Positions 55,701-63,592 of a DNA stretch of 64,000 nucleotides are shown here, piece after piece; the first letter of the stretch is position 1, and every line of letters starts with the position of its first letter. Location: positions 3,996 through 67,995 of IMG/VR virus record IMGVR_UViG_3300043449_001484. The stretch is one strand, 5' to 3'. The translations under genes were made by a program, and so were the position numbers. Below the pieces are notes generated by a model that ran no database searches, was not told the origin of the DNA, and was given only the letters and a program-made list of their open reading frames with translations. This DNA is from a virus.

Positions 55701-58018
55701 CCATAGCCACTCTGGTAAGCAGCACCAATTTGCTCCGGCGTAATATCCAACCCCGCACCCATTGCCTGCAATTGCGCAAGGCGTGACGGCTGACTCGTTT
55801 GATACTCTGCCTTTCCCTTCGGCGTTAAATAACTCACCGGAGAAGCAAGCATACTAAAGTCCGTCTGACCCATCTTGCCATACTGAGACAAAACGTCCTG
55901 CGCTGTCTTGGCAGGCTGCATCGAGGTAGGTGTCGCCAACGCACGACCACCCGCACCCTTGGTAATCGTCATGCCCAAAGCATCCGCTAACGCCTGATTC
56001 GTCCAAGATCCCGCAGGCGCGCCAAAGTCCTCCGGACGCAACCCACGCTTTTGAGCCAGCTGTTTTGCCTTCAAGCCCGAGATCGATCCAACCGCTCCCC
56101 CTTCTGCAAACTCTTGTACGGGGGTGAGGTCTTCACCCCCCAAGAACTTTTTTAGTCGATCCCTCGCTGACCCTTGGTCCATGGTCCCCGATTCCCGTCG
56201 CGCGCGCTGCCGCTCACGGATCGCGGCTACAGGGTCAGCGTACTCGCCCTCAGGACCAGAGCCCTCGGCTTTACGTTTGAACCCACCTGCAGAAGATGGA
56301 ATATTTGGATAGCTACGTCCTGATGATCCGGGTGGTCGTCCTTGAAAAGTCTTGCCACCTACCGTAAATGTGCCCGGCGAAGTGGTAGAGTAAACCTTGC
56401 CTTTAGTAGCAGGTGTCGTGGCTGCGGAAGTTGTAGCTGTTGTAGTAGCCGCAGGAGCTGCAGTAGGAATTACTCCGGCATTGGTATAAATTCTGCTCAG
56501 TGTTGGCGTCGTCTGTGCCGACACGTTTAAGGTTCCTGACATACGTAACGGCGACGTGATCAAGTTAGCCACACGGAAAATGTCGGCTGTGCCCGAGGTC
56601 AGCATGTTGACGTAGTTGTTTCGGTCGGCTGTCGAGATGTTCGTCCCCGTCGTGGCTTTGCCACCTACCGTATAACCGGCTTCAGCCAAAATCTGATCCA
56701 CCGTCTTACCCGCCACACTCTTAAATGTTTTGGTAGACAAAATAGCGTTTGCTGAAGTAGGGGTTACATTAAAGCTTTGGGTATTCTTATCCCAACCGTA
56801 TTTGGAATTCTGAAAGTTCTTCGCCGTTTTTGGATCGAGCTCTGCACCTGCGTACAGGGTAAACACGTCCGCTAAGTTCGTCACCTTCGGGCGATCCGCA
56901 GGTGTTCCAAACTGACCTGTTGCAAATTTAGCCGAGTCCTTCCAGTCAATCATAGTCGTCGTGTCAGTGCCTGCGCCACCGGTTAAGGTGTCCTGACCAT
57001 ATATACCGCCCGGGGAGAAATTAGGAATCTCGGTCCACCCCTCGCCCGGCGCTTGGAATCCACCACTAGGCGTGAACACACTCTGACCCGTCTGCGCGTT
57101 GTACCAAAGCGATGTACCCGGCGAATACGTCGCCCCCTCCACAGGACTCTTAAACCCAATCGTCTCCCACAAGATTCCCGGCGCAACCGTCTGTCCCGGT
57201 GTCGTTGTCCCCGTATCCGTGCCGCCCGTATACGGACTCGTGGCCACTGGGCCCTTGAACGTGGTCAACCCACCGTATTTAATATCCGGCTCATATCGCA
57301 CCAGCTTGGGCTGACGCAAGATCGCCTCTTCCCGCGACAACGGAACAGGCTTTTCAAGCGTTGGAGTCGTCGGCGCAAACGTGCCCACATTAAATGTCGC
57401 CGAAGGCGCAGACAATGTCGCAGGAGATAACTGCTCATACAAACTTCTTGCCATGCCCGGAGGAGATACCGTACCTGCCGCACCTGTAGTGGCTTGCGGA
57501 TACTGGCCCAAGATGTCCGCAGTCTGGCCCGTGGCCACAGGGCCGGTAGGTGGTGTGTATTGAGGACTAAACGTTGGAACATTCGTCTCGAACGACGGAA
57601 TAGGCGCAGGGCCGGGGGCCGTGAGGTTTGCACCAAACAAGTTTTCCGTCGGCGCACCCGCGTTCATCTGATTTGCAATCATCGCGCGCTCTTCACTGGT
57701 CAACTCGTCTACCTCACCACCGTCCGCAAAGCGCTGAATCGGTCTGCCCGCAATACCCGGCATGTTCAACGGTGCAAAACGCATCGTACCCATCTGCGCC
57801 TGCGGCACTCTTTGCAACATCTCCGCCGCTGTTCGCTTTAACCGCTGCTGCGGCATGACTGCCTGCATCTGCGGTCGCTGTGGAATCTGCTGACTAAATA
57901 ATCCCTGCTCCACCTCCCCGCCCTCGGCAAAATATGACATCGCAGGTTGGACCTCACTTTGCATCCCCTCTCCCACCGGAGAAGCAAGGTCGTCAATAGT
58001 CAATTCGCGGTTTTCCAT
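52763..58018 (-). CDS. Large modular (polyvalent) protein with C-terminal PcfJ-like domain, probably virion cargo
   Basis: 1751 aa; repeated FAxGG/AxGS motifs; C-terminal LEGAAMRHSIGGY...FSLRNEKG.PQVTVE. Confidence 0.7.
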   Translation of the reverse strand: MENRELTIDDLASPVGEGMQSEVQPAMSYFAEGGEVEQGLFSQQIPQRPQMQAVMPQQRLKRTAAEMLQRVPQAQMGTMRFAPLNMPGIAGRPIQRFADGGEVDELTSEERAMIANQMNAGAPTENLFGANLTAPGPAPIPSFETNVPTFSPQYTPPTGPVATGQTADILGQYPQATTGAAGTVSPPGMARSLYEQLSPATLSAPSATFNVGTFAPTTPTLEKPVPLSREEAILRQPKLVRYEPDIKYGGLTTFKGPVATSPYTGGTDTGTTTPGQTVAPGILWETIGFKSPVEGATYSPGTSLWYNAQTGQSVFTPSGGFQAPGEGWTEIPNFSPGGIYGQDTLTGGAGTDTTTMIDWKDSAKFATGQFGTPADRPKVTNLADVFTLYAGAELDPKTAKNFQNSKYGWDKNTQSFNVTPTSANAILSTKTFKSVAGKTVDQILAEAGYTVGGKATTGTNISTADRNNYVNMLTSGTADIFRVANLITSPLRMSGTLNVSAQTTPTLSRIYTNAGVIPTAAPAATTTATTSAATTPATKGKVYSTTSPGTFTVGGKTFQGRPPGSSGRSYPNIPSSAGGFKRKAEGSGPEGEYADPVAAIRERQRARRESGTMDQGSARDRLKKFLGGEDLTPVQEFAEGGAVGSISGLKAKQLAQKRGLRPEDFGAPAGSWTNQALADALGMTITKGAGGRALATPTSMQPAKTAQDVLSQYGKMGQTDFSMLASPVSYLTPKGKAEYQTSQPSRLAQLQAMGAGLDITPEQIGAAYQSGYGTAADRYNEYLRWKNKGSGGIQGFLEKATIPITKAAFAYLGGNALGSALNLGSGASALAPGSVPVATAPVMVPGTQIPLSTAANVGRTAYSVSRSNNPEQSLVNAAFQYGTGGRSLPSRWQDLSVIQDVGKKVGLNLGQPKFGPNVKTPDIVPQSFAHGGAVHRAEGSPVTAEGYVLEPTFGERMGANVSDFLMSAGIKGADLIPADKSKMSAAHKLYLDTFGVKENRAPVTKEYFNQEEMDALADLISRKGGKKGSMSYKDYKALLGDRPIKQYPLTSGRLDPYISLSKSLGQFNYEYDPKTDSYKIIDEYDFNPLTSKRGVRSDSDFIGDYISDDNTLMDKLRLYAGRKLPPGTGRKVDLAVPAKKPVKRADGSPVYGEMPDTGGITPDTMAALLNRRGVSAGEVLRTLKDIYGQGASNVESGLRGSVAAIPGSVGDIESIFRDSDKTRKFATTEEVLRDYMPGRMTKPTKEAAGFEEVGTYLPLPIPAGTATKVAKGAKTGAKKALEELGPTAGRMAERQLQKAGLGPMYAVKPKGGTFFPPEYGSRMDDYLNDIVKGLSSSETLAGKDAKTVADFIRTKGRKYLTTAYGTSDDPLRAALLEGRLPRYGSDKERFRSYLMKAAESGDPEALQDLEKAYDQATGIRAISYVPPDMEGTAYAVSGKADRGMRERMAAEGVEPELMNPDYPTPTKMDQLLSEYSTPARKELARLMVSAGSKIDDPAIEAKRREAFLKELKGSEQSLLYAAEKGEPIYDVMGTYTDFMNARNVAQGIASIPVGELGRMSFPEAVIKGAQNMRFKRDWEAVIDNAKAGKPVPKEIYFQGTNPVYELSKDQKWVRIMTPDAVELEGAAMRHSIGGYKTSSSYNLGGKPAFESGLARVFSLRNEKGIPQVTVESKFTDDKGLEITQIKSKFNSMPTPEEKKALFELFDNLGPTSFKSDTYSSTRTGDRLEEAKTVDWGNEYQDYLKYKNKGEE

Positions 58019-58058
58019 GGCCTATCCCAAGAAGGATTGATTTGCAAGGATTCTAGTG

Positions 58059-59525
58059 CTAATAATACTCGTACACAAGCTCGCCATTGCCTTCTTCTTC
58101 CACATCGTCCGTGTCCAATACCACAAAGTTGCCCTGCCTAAATCGCATCATCGCCTGTGTTGTCGAATCGACCATATCGTCGTTGTCGCCGTTCGGGAAC
58201 GCCGCACACTCTTCAATCAACTCCTCCGCCCACTCCGTCTCCGGGGCCCACACCATACGGCTCTCGAATAACGGAGCCACCGCATGCGCCCGACTCACTT
58301 TATCCTGACCCGCTCTCCGCCCACCCGGGTTGTACATCGTCACCGGTATGCCCACCCTTCTCAGTTCCTGCTGCAAAGTCACGCCCGTTGCCTTCGCCTC
58401 AATCAAAACATTGTCAGGATTCCAATACCCATACTGCTCCTTCGCGATTCGCTTTAATTCAGGAAAGTCCCACCGCCCACGAACAACGTCCAACAAAATA
58501 ATGTTCGGCCCCGAGTCCGCATCCGGCACAAATACCCCCCACGTCGTAATCACCGAATAGTCCGCCGTCTCCTTCTTGCTATACGCCGTGTCGTAACTCT
58601 GAATCAAATACTCACACTTGGGCGGCTGGTTGTGTGGCCACCGCTGCCACCACTCCCGCTTTAAAATCGCACCCTCTTCCGCCGTCGGCTGCTGCTGCCA
58701 CTGCGCCTGCCACTTGCGAAGGCCAATCGACATCTTGACCTTCTCCAACTCCTCCAACTTCCAATACTCCGGCCACAAAGGTTTGTTACTCGGCAATATC
58801 GCCGGGAACTCCAATACCTCCCACTGGTCCGATTTCAACTGACCCTGCTGCTTCAATAACCTCCCCGACAAATCGTCCGTCCGCCACCTTGTATTGATGA
58901 CAATAATCGCACCGTCCGGCTGCAAACGCTGACGAGGACCACTCGTGTACCACTCCCACGTGTTCTCCATCGATGTGTCCGACAAAGCATCCTGCTCGTC
59001 CAAGATGTCGTCCAAGATCACCACATTACCGCCACGGCCCGTCATCGCACCGCCCTTACCAATGAAGAACGCTTCCCCACCAGCATTCGTGTCCCACCGG
59101 CCCGCTGCCTTGCTGTCCGCCGACAAAGCAAAGTCAGGAAATAAATCCCGGTACCTGTCTTCCGCTACAAGGTTCCGGATCATCCGGCCAAAACGCTGCG
59201 CTAACTCCGCCGTGTGAGAACCGACAATTAATTTCGAGTCAGGCTTCTTGCCCATCAAATACGCCGGGAACAAGTAACTGCCCATCTGGCTTTTGCCATG
59301 GCGCGGTGGCATCGCAATCATCAAACGCTTGCACTCGCCCGAGACAACCCTGTCCAGTGCCTTGGCTATCCGCCGATGGTGCTCGCCCACGATCATCTCT
59401 GGCCAAACGTACAAGCAGAAATCCAAGAAGCGGCTTGTTGCACGCTCCTGTGCTTCAAGCTGCAAGAGTCGGAGCTCAAGCTTCGCGCGCTCTGCATCGA
59501 TGTCTTGTTGATTTGTTAAGGTCAT
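58059..59525 (-). CDS. terL: Terminase large subunit
   Basis: MPPRHGKS, ILDD, TRW...DL, SYDTA, IEAKATG, DDMVDS; start at MTLTN. Confidence 0.95.
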   Translation of the reverse strand: MTLTNQQDIDAERAKLELRLLQLEAQERATSRFLDFCLYVWPEMIVGEHHRRIAKALDRVVSGECKRLMIAMPPRHGKSQMGSYLFPAYLMGKKPDSKLIVGSHTAELAQRFGRMIRNLVAEDRYRDLFPDFALSADSKAAGRWDTNAGGEAFFIGKGGAMTGRGGNVVILDDILDEQDALSDTSMENTWEWYTSGPRQRLQPDGAIIVINTRWRTDDLSGRLLKQQGQLKSDQWEVLEFPAILPSNKPLWPEYWKLEELEKVKMSIGLRKWQAQWQQQPTAEEGAILKREWWQRWPHNQPPKCEYLIQSYDTAYSKKETADYSVITTWGVFVPDADSGPNIILLDVVRGRWDFPELKRIAKEQYGYWNPDNVLIEAKATGVTLQQELRRVGIPVTMYNPGGRRAGQDKVSRAHAVAPLFESRMVWAPETEWAEELIEECAAFPNGDNDDMVDSTTQAMMRFRQGNFVVLDTDDVEEEGNGELVYEYY

Positions 59526-59580
59526 AGGTTTTGGATTTTGCAAAAAAATTTTGGGAAATCGATTCTGCAAATAAAGGGGG

Positions 59581-59598
59581 TGGTTTCACGTGGAACCA
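59581..59598. promoter_or_regulatory. parS-like palindrome
   Basis: tgGTTTCACGTGGAACca; the 14-bp core matches GTTNCACGTGAAAC on the minus strand. Confidence 0.6.
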
Positions 59599-59737
59599 TA
59601 CCCCAAAACAGTTCAAATGGTAACTGTTTGTGCAAAATCGGGCCTAGGCATTCGCCAGCCGAAGCGGGGGGCCAAAATCCGGGGTGGGTGCTCACTTACG
59701 CGAGATACCGCATAAATGCGTGCCGGGACTCGGCCCC

Positions 59738-60000
59738 ATGCCAGCGGCCCGCGCACCACGGCCCACGGCCAGCGGCCAGCTGCGCACGCGCACGGGACCG
59801 CGCACCACGCACCACGGCCAGCGGCCAGCTGGGCCCGCCAGCTGCGCACGGGCCACGGCCCACGGCCCGGGACCATTAACCGCGATTACCGGCCAGCGGC
59901 CAGCTGGGAGCGGCCAGCGGCCAGCTGGGCCCGCCAGCTGGGCCACGGGACGCGGAGCGCAGGCGATACGTTCACGGGCCACGGAGCGCGGACCACGGCG
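59738..60000. repeat. GC-rich degenerate heptamer repeat array
   Basis: Tandem GGCCAGC, CCACGGC and GCACCAC units; very few T on the plus strand. Confidence 0.8.
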
Positions 60001-60101
60001 CCCGGTTTACCGGCGGCGCTGGCGCACGCTAAAACGTACGCGCGTGCTTTTTATAGGAAAATCAATAATGTACGGACGCGAGCGGCCCGGTTTTATCGGC
60101 G

Positions 60102-60130
60102 AAAAAAAAACCCGGCCATAAAGGCCAGGT
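60102..60130 (-). terminator. Intrinsic terminator after the DUF932-like gene
   Basis: CCUGGCC...GGCCGGG followed by U9. Confidence 0.8.
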
Positions 60131-60165
60131 CCGCACGGCCCAGCTGGGCCGCACTTGGGAGAGGG

Positions 60166-61248
60166 TTAAACGAGCTCGAGAATTTTCCCGGCTTCGGTTT
60201 CAAAATCAACGCGATCAGCGGTCCATTGAATCGAGCGAGCGTAGGCGGTAGCACCGGTCACGGCGTCCCAAAGGGTTTCAATGGGACGGCCCTCGTCGAT
60301 AACGTGCGCGTGCTCAATTCGCTGGGCCACGCGCGGGCCGAAGCGAGTCGATAAAAACTTACTGACATCTGGAATTCGCTCACGCTGGGCCGCCTGCAGG
60401 ACATTCAGCGTGTTAGATTCACTCGCTTGCGAGTACGCGAGCAACGCTGGCGCAACTTCCTCGAGGAAACGATCAGGCGCGCTGGCCGTATGTCGCAAGC
60501 TTATTTCCTCAAGTTCATGCGCGCCCCAAACGATGCGGTTTGCGCAAACATAATCGAAAAGGAAGGTCTTCACGCGCAGGGCCCCGCCGCCTACTTCCGA
60601 ATTCGTGACAAAAAATCCACGGGCCAGCGTGCCCGTTTGCCCGTCCCGGCGTCCCGGTAACTCAATACGGTTTTTCTCATCCGCGAGAAAAACGAACATG
60701 TCACGGTCGCCCGCGTATAGCGTAGTATTTTCGCGGTCTACTTCAATCGCTTTGCCAAAGATACCCGGCACGCGAAAATCGCCGGTTACGCCGTCGCCGA
60801 AGCGATCCATTAATGCCGCGATCACGTCGGAATTCCAAACCCGGCCGTAACGCGGGCCCGTCATCGCGCGAATTGTAGACTCACCATTTTTTGTCAATAG
60901 CACTCCGACGTCTTGCGCGTCCCGCTCAAATTGCATGCCGAAATTGATGCAATCAGCAGCCACTGGGGCCGGTAGTGTGCGCAGGTATCCCGCTGGCGCG
61001 CCAATTAATCCCGCCGCTTGCCCAAAGGCCCAGTGACTAGGCGCAAACGCATGCCCATTCGGCCCTTCAATCAAAATTCCAGCGTTATCGTCTGTAGGCA
61101 CCGCGCGCAGCTGGCGCGAGCTCACTACCGCCGCGCGGCTGATAGCGCGCTGGGCCGCTTGCGCGGCGTGCATTTCGGTTAGCGAGATAAACCGCTCTTC
61201 GGCGGGACGCGTTGACCATTGTTTTGAAGCTTGCATTAATGTTGCCAT
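60166..61248 (-). CDS. DUF932-like protein
   Basis: LYAGDRDMFVFL, GFFVTNSEVG, VCANRIVWG, RHT; start at MATLMQ. Confidence 0.75.
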   Translation of the reverse strand: MATLMQASKQWSTRPAEERFISLTEMHAAQAAQRAISRAAVVSSRQLRAVPTDDNAGILIEGPNGHAFAPSHWAFGQAAGLIGAPAGYLRTLPAPVAADCINFGMQFERDAQDVGVLLTKNGESTIRAMTGPRYGRVWNSDVIAALMDRFGDGVTGDFRVPGIFGKAIEVDRENTTLYAGDRDMFVFLADEKNRIELPGRRDGQTGTLARGFFVTNSEVGGGALRVKTFLFDYVCANRIVWGAHELEEISLRHTASAPDRFLEEVAPALLAYSQASESNTLNVLQAAQRERIPDVSKFLSTRFGPRVAQRIEHAHVIDEGRPIETLWDAVTGATAYARSIQWTADRVDFETEAGKILELV

Positions 61249-61306
61249 GTTTTTCTCCCTGTATTGTGAAAAGTGAAACATTCGCGGACGGTTTGCCCGC
61301 ACGGAA

Positions 61307-61334
61307 ATTATAGCGCCTTACTTTGAAAATGCAA
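61307..61334 (-). promoter_or_regulatory. Sigma70-like early promoter
   Basis: TTGCAT-N16-TATAAT. Confidence 0.7.
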
Positions 61335-61997
61335 AACGATTTTTTCGGCTTTTTTCGCTCCGGTCCCATGCGGTATGAAACCAACAATTGAGGGCCGATC
61401 CCGGCGCGCGCACAATTGACAATCCACGCAGCTGATATCGTCGCGCAGCTGGGCCGGGCACGTCACTACCACGCGGCCCGCTGGCGTGATTGTTTTCGCG
61501 CCAGTGCCCGCCGGGACAATAGTTACTACCGGGCCCGCATTTAATTCGGCGAGCTCGTCCGCGTGCGCGAGATTGTTCGCGGACCAATTAATTACAAAGC
61601 CATCCGCGTTCGCTTCCCGTACCAGTGCAATATTTTCAGCGCTGGCCGGTTTATGCGTATAAGTGAAACCGCGTTTTCCCTCGTTTGCTTTGACTAGCAT
61701 GCGCAACGCGTCCGGGTTAATTGAATGATTCAGGCCCGGAAGATCACCCGCTTGATTATGACGCCAGAGCTGGCCCGCCGGGAGCGCTGCAATAGCATTG
61801 CAAAAGCTTTCCCAGTCAGTGCCGCGCGCCCCTTCGGTTACTGCGCGCCAGTGAAGCGCCAAAGGCCCGCCGTCCGCGTAACAGCCGTTATCTTTAAAGG
61901 GGCATGTATCGGAACACGACGCCTTACTAGTGGTGGAAACCGGAATTGGGCCGGTTTTTACGTTTGCGCTTTTTAATGTCAAGTGTACGGTTTTCAT
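61308..61997 (-). CDS. Cys-rich putative Fe-S/radical-SAM-derived phage protein
   Basis: N.KTG, CxxxCP...CYA, RHNQAGD, FTYTH, CPAQ...CxxCxxC...HG; start at MKTVH. Confidence 0.7.
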   Translation of the reverse strand: MKTVHLTLKSANVKTGPIPVSTTSKASCSDTCPFKDNGCYADGGPLALHWRAVTEGARGTDWESFCNAIAALPAGQLWRHNQAGDLPGLNHSINPDALRMLVKANEGKRGFTYTHKPASAENIALVREANADGFVINWSANNLAHADELAELNAGPVVTIVPAGTGAKTITPAGRVVVTCPAQLRDDISCVDCQLCARRDRPSIVGFIPHGTGAKKAEKIVLHFQSKAL

Positions 61998-62041
61998 TTT
62001 TACTTTCTCCCTGTATATGCGCAACGCGTGCGCGAATTGAC

Positions 62042-62069
62042 ATCATAGTACATAAATTCCAGATGTCAA
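62042..62069 (-). promoter_or_regulatory. Sigma70-like early promoter
   Basis: TTGACA-N16-TATGAT. Confidence 0.72.
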
Positions 62070-62082
62070 GTAAAAATCTAAA

Positions 62083-62253
62083 TTATTTTTTCCCGCCGAA
62101 CAAAGCTTCAATTATTTGATGCAAAGCTAACATACGCGCAAGCCGAAACAATGAATACCTTACTTCCTTTTCAGCGTCTCGCCTTCGTGATGCATCAAGC
62201 TTTTGTAATCGGTCCCGTTCGTGTAGTGAGCGCAAAAATTCACGCTCTCTCAT
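62083..62253 (-). CDS. Small hypothetical protein (56 aa)
   Basis: Hand translation MREREFLRSLHERDRLQKLDASRRRDAEKEVRYSLFRLARMLALHQIIEALFGGKK. Confidence 0.5.
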   Translation of the reverse strand: MREREFLRSLHERDRLQKLDASRRRDAEKEVRYSLFRLARMLALHQIIEALFGGKK

Positions 62254-62458
62254 TGTCCGCTTCCGCGAGAATTGAATTACTTTCCGCGATTAACCGAATA
62301 AGGCCCATTAAATTATCCGGTTTACAGTCCGCCAAAAATACAGCCGCCAGAGTTAACGCCGCCGCCGTTTCAGCCTGAGAAAAATTAAATTCTCTGTCCA
62401 TAAATTGGATTATTTCAATTGCCGCTTCCGCGCGAGTAACAGTGCGTCGATTTTTCAT
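62240..62458 (-). CDS. Hypothetical protein
   Basis: Start at MKNRRT after an AGGAG RBS and a promoter. Confidence 0.6.
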   Translation of the reverse strand: MKNRRTVTRAEAAIEIIQFMDREFNFSQAETAAALTLAAVFLADCKPDNLMGLIRLIAESNSILAEADNERA

Positions 62459-62504
62459 TTTGAATTTCTCCTGTATATGACCCGGACCAAGTGCCCGTCC
62501 GGAA

Positions 62505-62532
62505 ATTATAGGCGCTTTTCTACGGGTTGCAA
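62505..62532 (-). promoter_or_regulatory. Sigma70-like early promoter
   Basis: TTGCAA-N16-TATAAT. Confidence 0.7.
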
Positions 62533-62925
62533 TACCCTTTGATGAAATTCTTCCCAATTAATTTTTGCCAGCGGCCAGCGTGCAATACAGTCAGCCAATA
62601 TGCCGCGCTTTGCGATGTCTTCCGCTTGCTGGCCCGCGAACAACAATAACTCAGGCGCGCGCGTTTTTGTGTTTACTTCCACGACAATAAATGTCGGGCA
62701 TCCAAGCATTGCATGTTTGATATGAAATGAGTATTGATGCGGGCTCAGATTTATTTTCAGGCCCGCGCTAACTACTTTCAGCTCGATCAGTACGAAATGC
62801 GAGTTCTGAAGCGCTACCAGCAAGTCCGGAATCCCCAGATTGACCCGCGTCTCGATCCGCGTCATTTGGACTGGCCAATTCCGCTTTAATCTGTCGAAAA
62901 GCCGCTGCTCGCTTTTTCGTGACAA
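62506..62925 (-). CDS. Holliday-junction resolvase / VRR-NUC-like nuclease
   Basis: E...RIE...GIPDLL...IELK...LSPHQ; TTG start after GAGGAG. Confidence 0.8.
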   Translation of the reverse strand: MSRKSEQRLFDRLKRNWPVQMTRIETRVNLGIPDLLVALQNSHFVLIELKVVSAGLKINLSPHQYSFHIKHAMLGCPTFIVVEVNTKTRAPELLLFAGQQAEDIAKRGILADCIARWPLAKINWEEFHQRVLQPVEKRL

Positions 62926-63592
62926 GTGCTGTCTCCTCGCCCAATACTTCCGCTTCAAACAATTCGCCAACATCCAATTCTACTTCGGGCTCAACAACAA
63001 CCGGTTCTTCTTCGACAACCGTGGCCTGCATTTCCAAAATAGCTGTAGGAGGCGGTCCTCCATAGATTTTCTTTATCTCCTCTAGCTTTCTCATTACCTC
63101 TTCCTTCGACATCGAGTCAATGGTTCCAATACGCACTTCTTTGCGGTCAATGTAAATCGTCCCCAGCGCCTGCCCACGGCGATATTCCGCTTGTACAGCA
63201 GCGGACCACGCCCCGGCCTCGATTGCCTTGTCACGGATCATTTGCAGGTCCCGCATATGCCGCTCGAAGGTCGTCCCGAATTTCTCTGCCAACTCTGCTC
63301 TGAGCTCGTTTATGGCCGCCACCACGTGCGGACTACGCGCTGGGTCCAGAAGCCTTACAACCGCATCCTTGGCCCCGTGAGGCGTGTATCCTGCTCGGAT
63401 AGCCGCTTCCGTGCGTGTCATGGAGCCGTCCCGCGTCACGTACTCCTGCACAAAGGCCCATTCCCTAGGGCTTAAAACCACCTGCTTACCGCTCCTCCCC
63501 GTCCTAGATGCTTTGGCCACGCGCTCCAAAACATCCTCAGGCAACGTCGGCATTGCTGCTTTTGCATACGTCGTGTCTTTTCGCTTTGTCAT
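62768..63592 (-). CDS. terS: Terminase small subunit
   Basis: LSPREWAFVQEY...TEAAIRAGY...SAAVQAEYRRG. Confidence 0.8.
   Translation of the reverse strand: MTKRKDTTYAKAAMPTLPEDVLERVAKASRTGRSGKQVVLSPREWAFVQEYVTRDGSMTRTEAAIRAGYTPHGAKDAVVRLLDPARSPHVVAAINELRAELAEKFGTTFERHMRDLQMIRDKAIEAGAWSAAVQAEYRRGQALGTIYIDRKEVRIGTIDSMSKEEVMRKLEEIKKIYGGPPPTAILEMQATVVEEEPVVVEPEVELDVGELFEAEVLGEETALVTKKRAAAFRQIKAELASPNDADRDAGQSGDSGLAGSASELAFRTDRAESS

Noticed and set aside
59738-60000. CRISPR array
   Set aside because: No constant repeat with unique spacers and no cas genes
59538-60354. Several Arg/Pro/Ala-rich ORFs on both strands
   Set aside because: Open only because the GC-rich repeats lack stop codons; low-complexity translations
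60363-60376. 14-bp TGACATCTGGAATT matching the promoter at 62055-62068 in inverted orientation
   Set aside because: Single match inside coding sequence with no -10 element; probably chance
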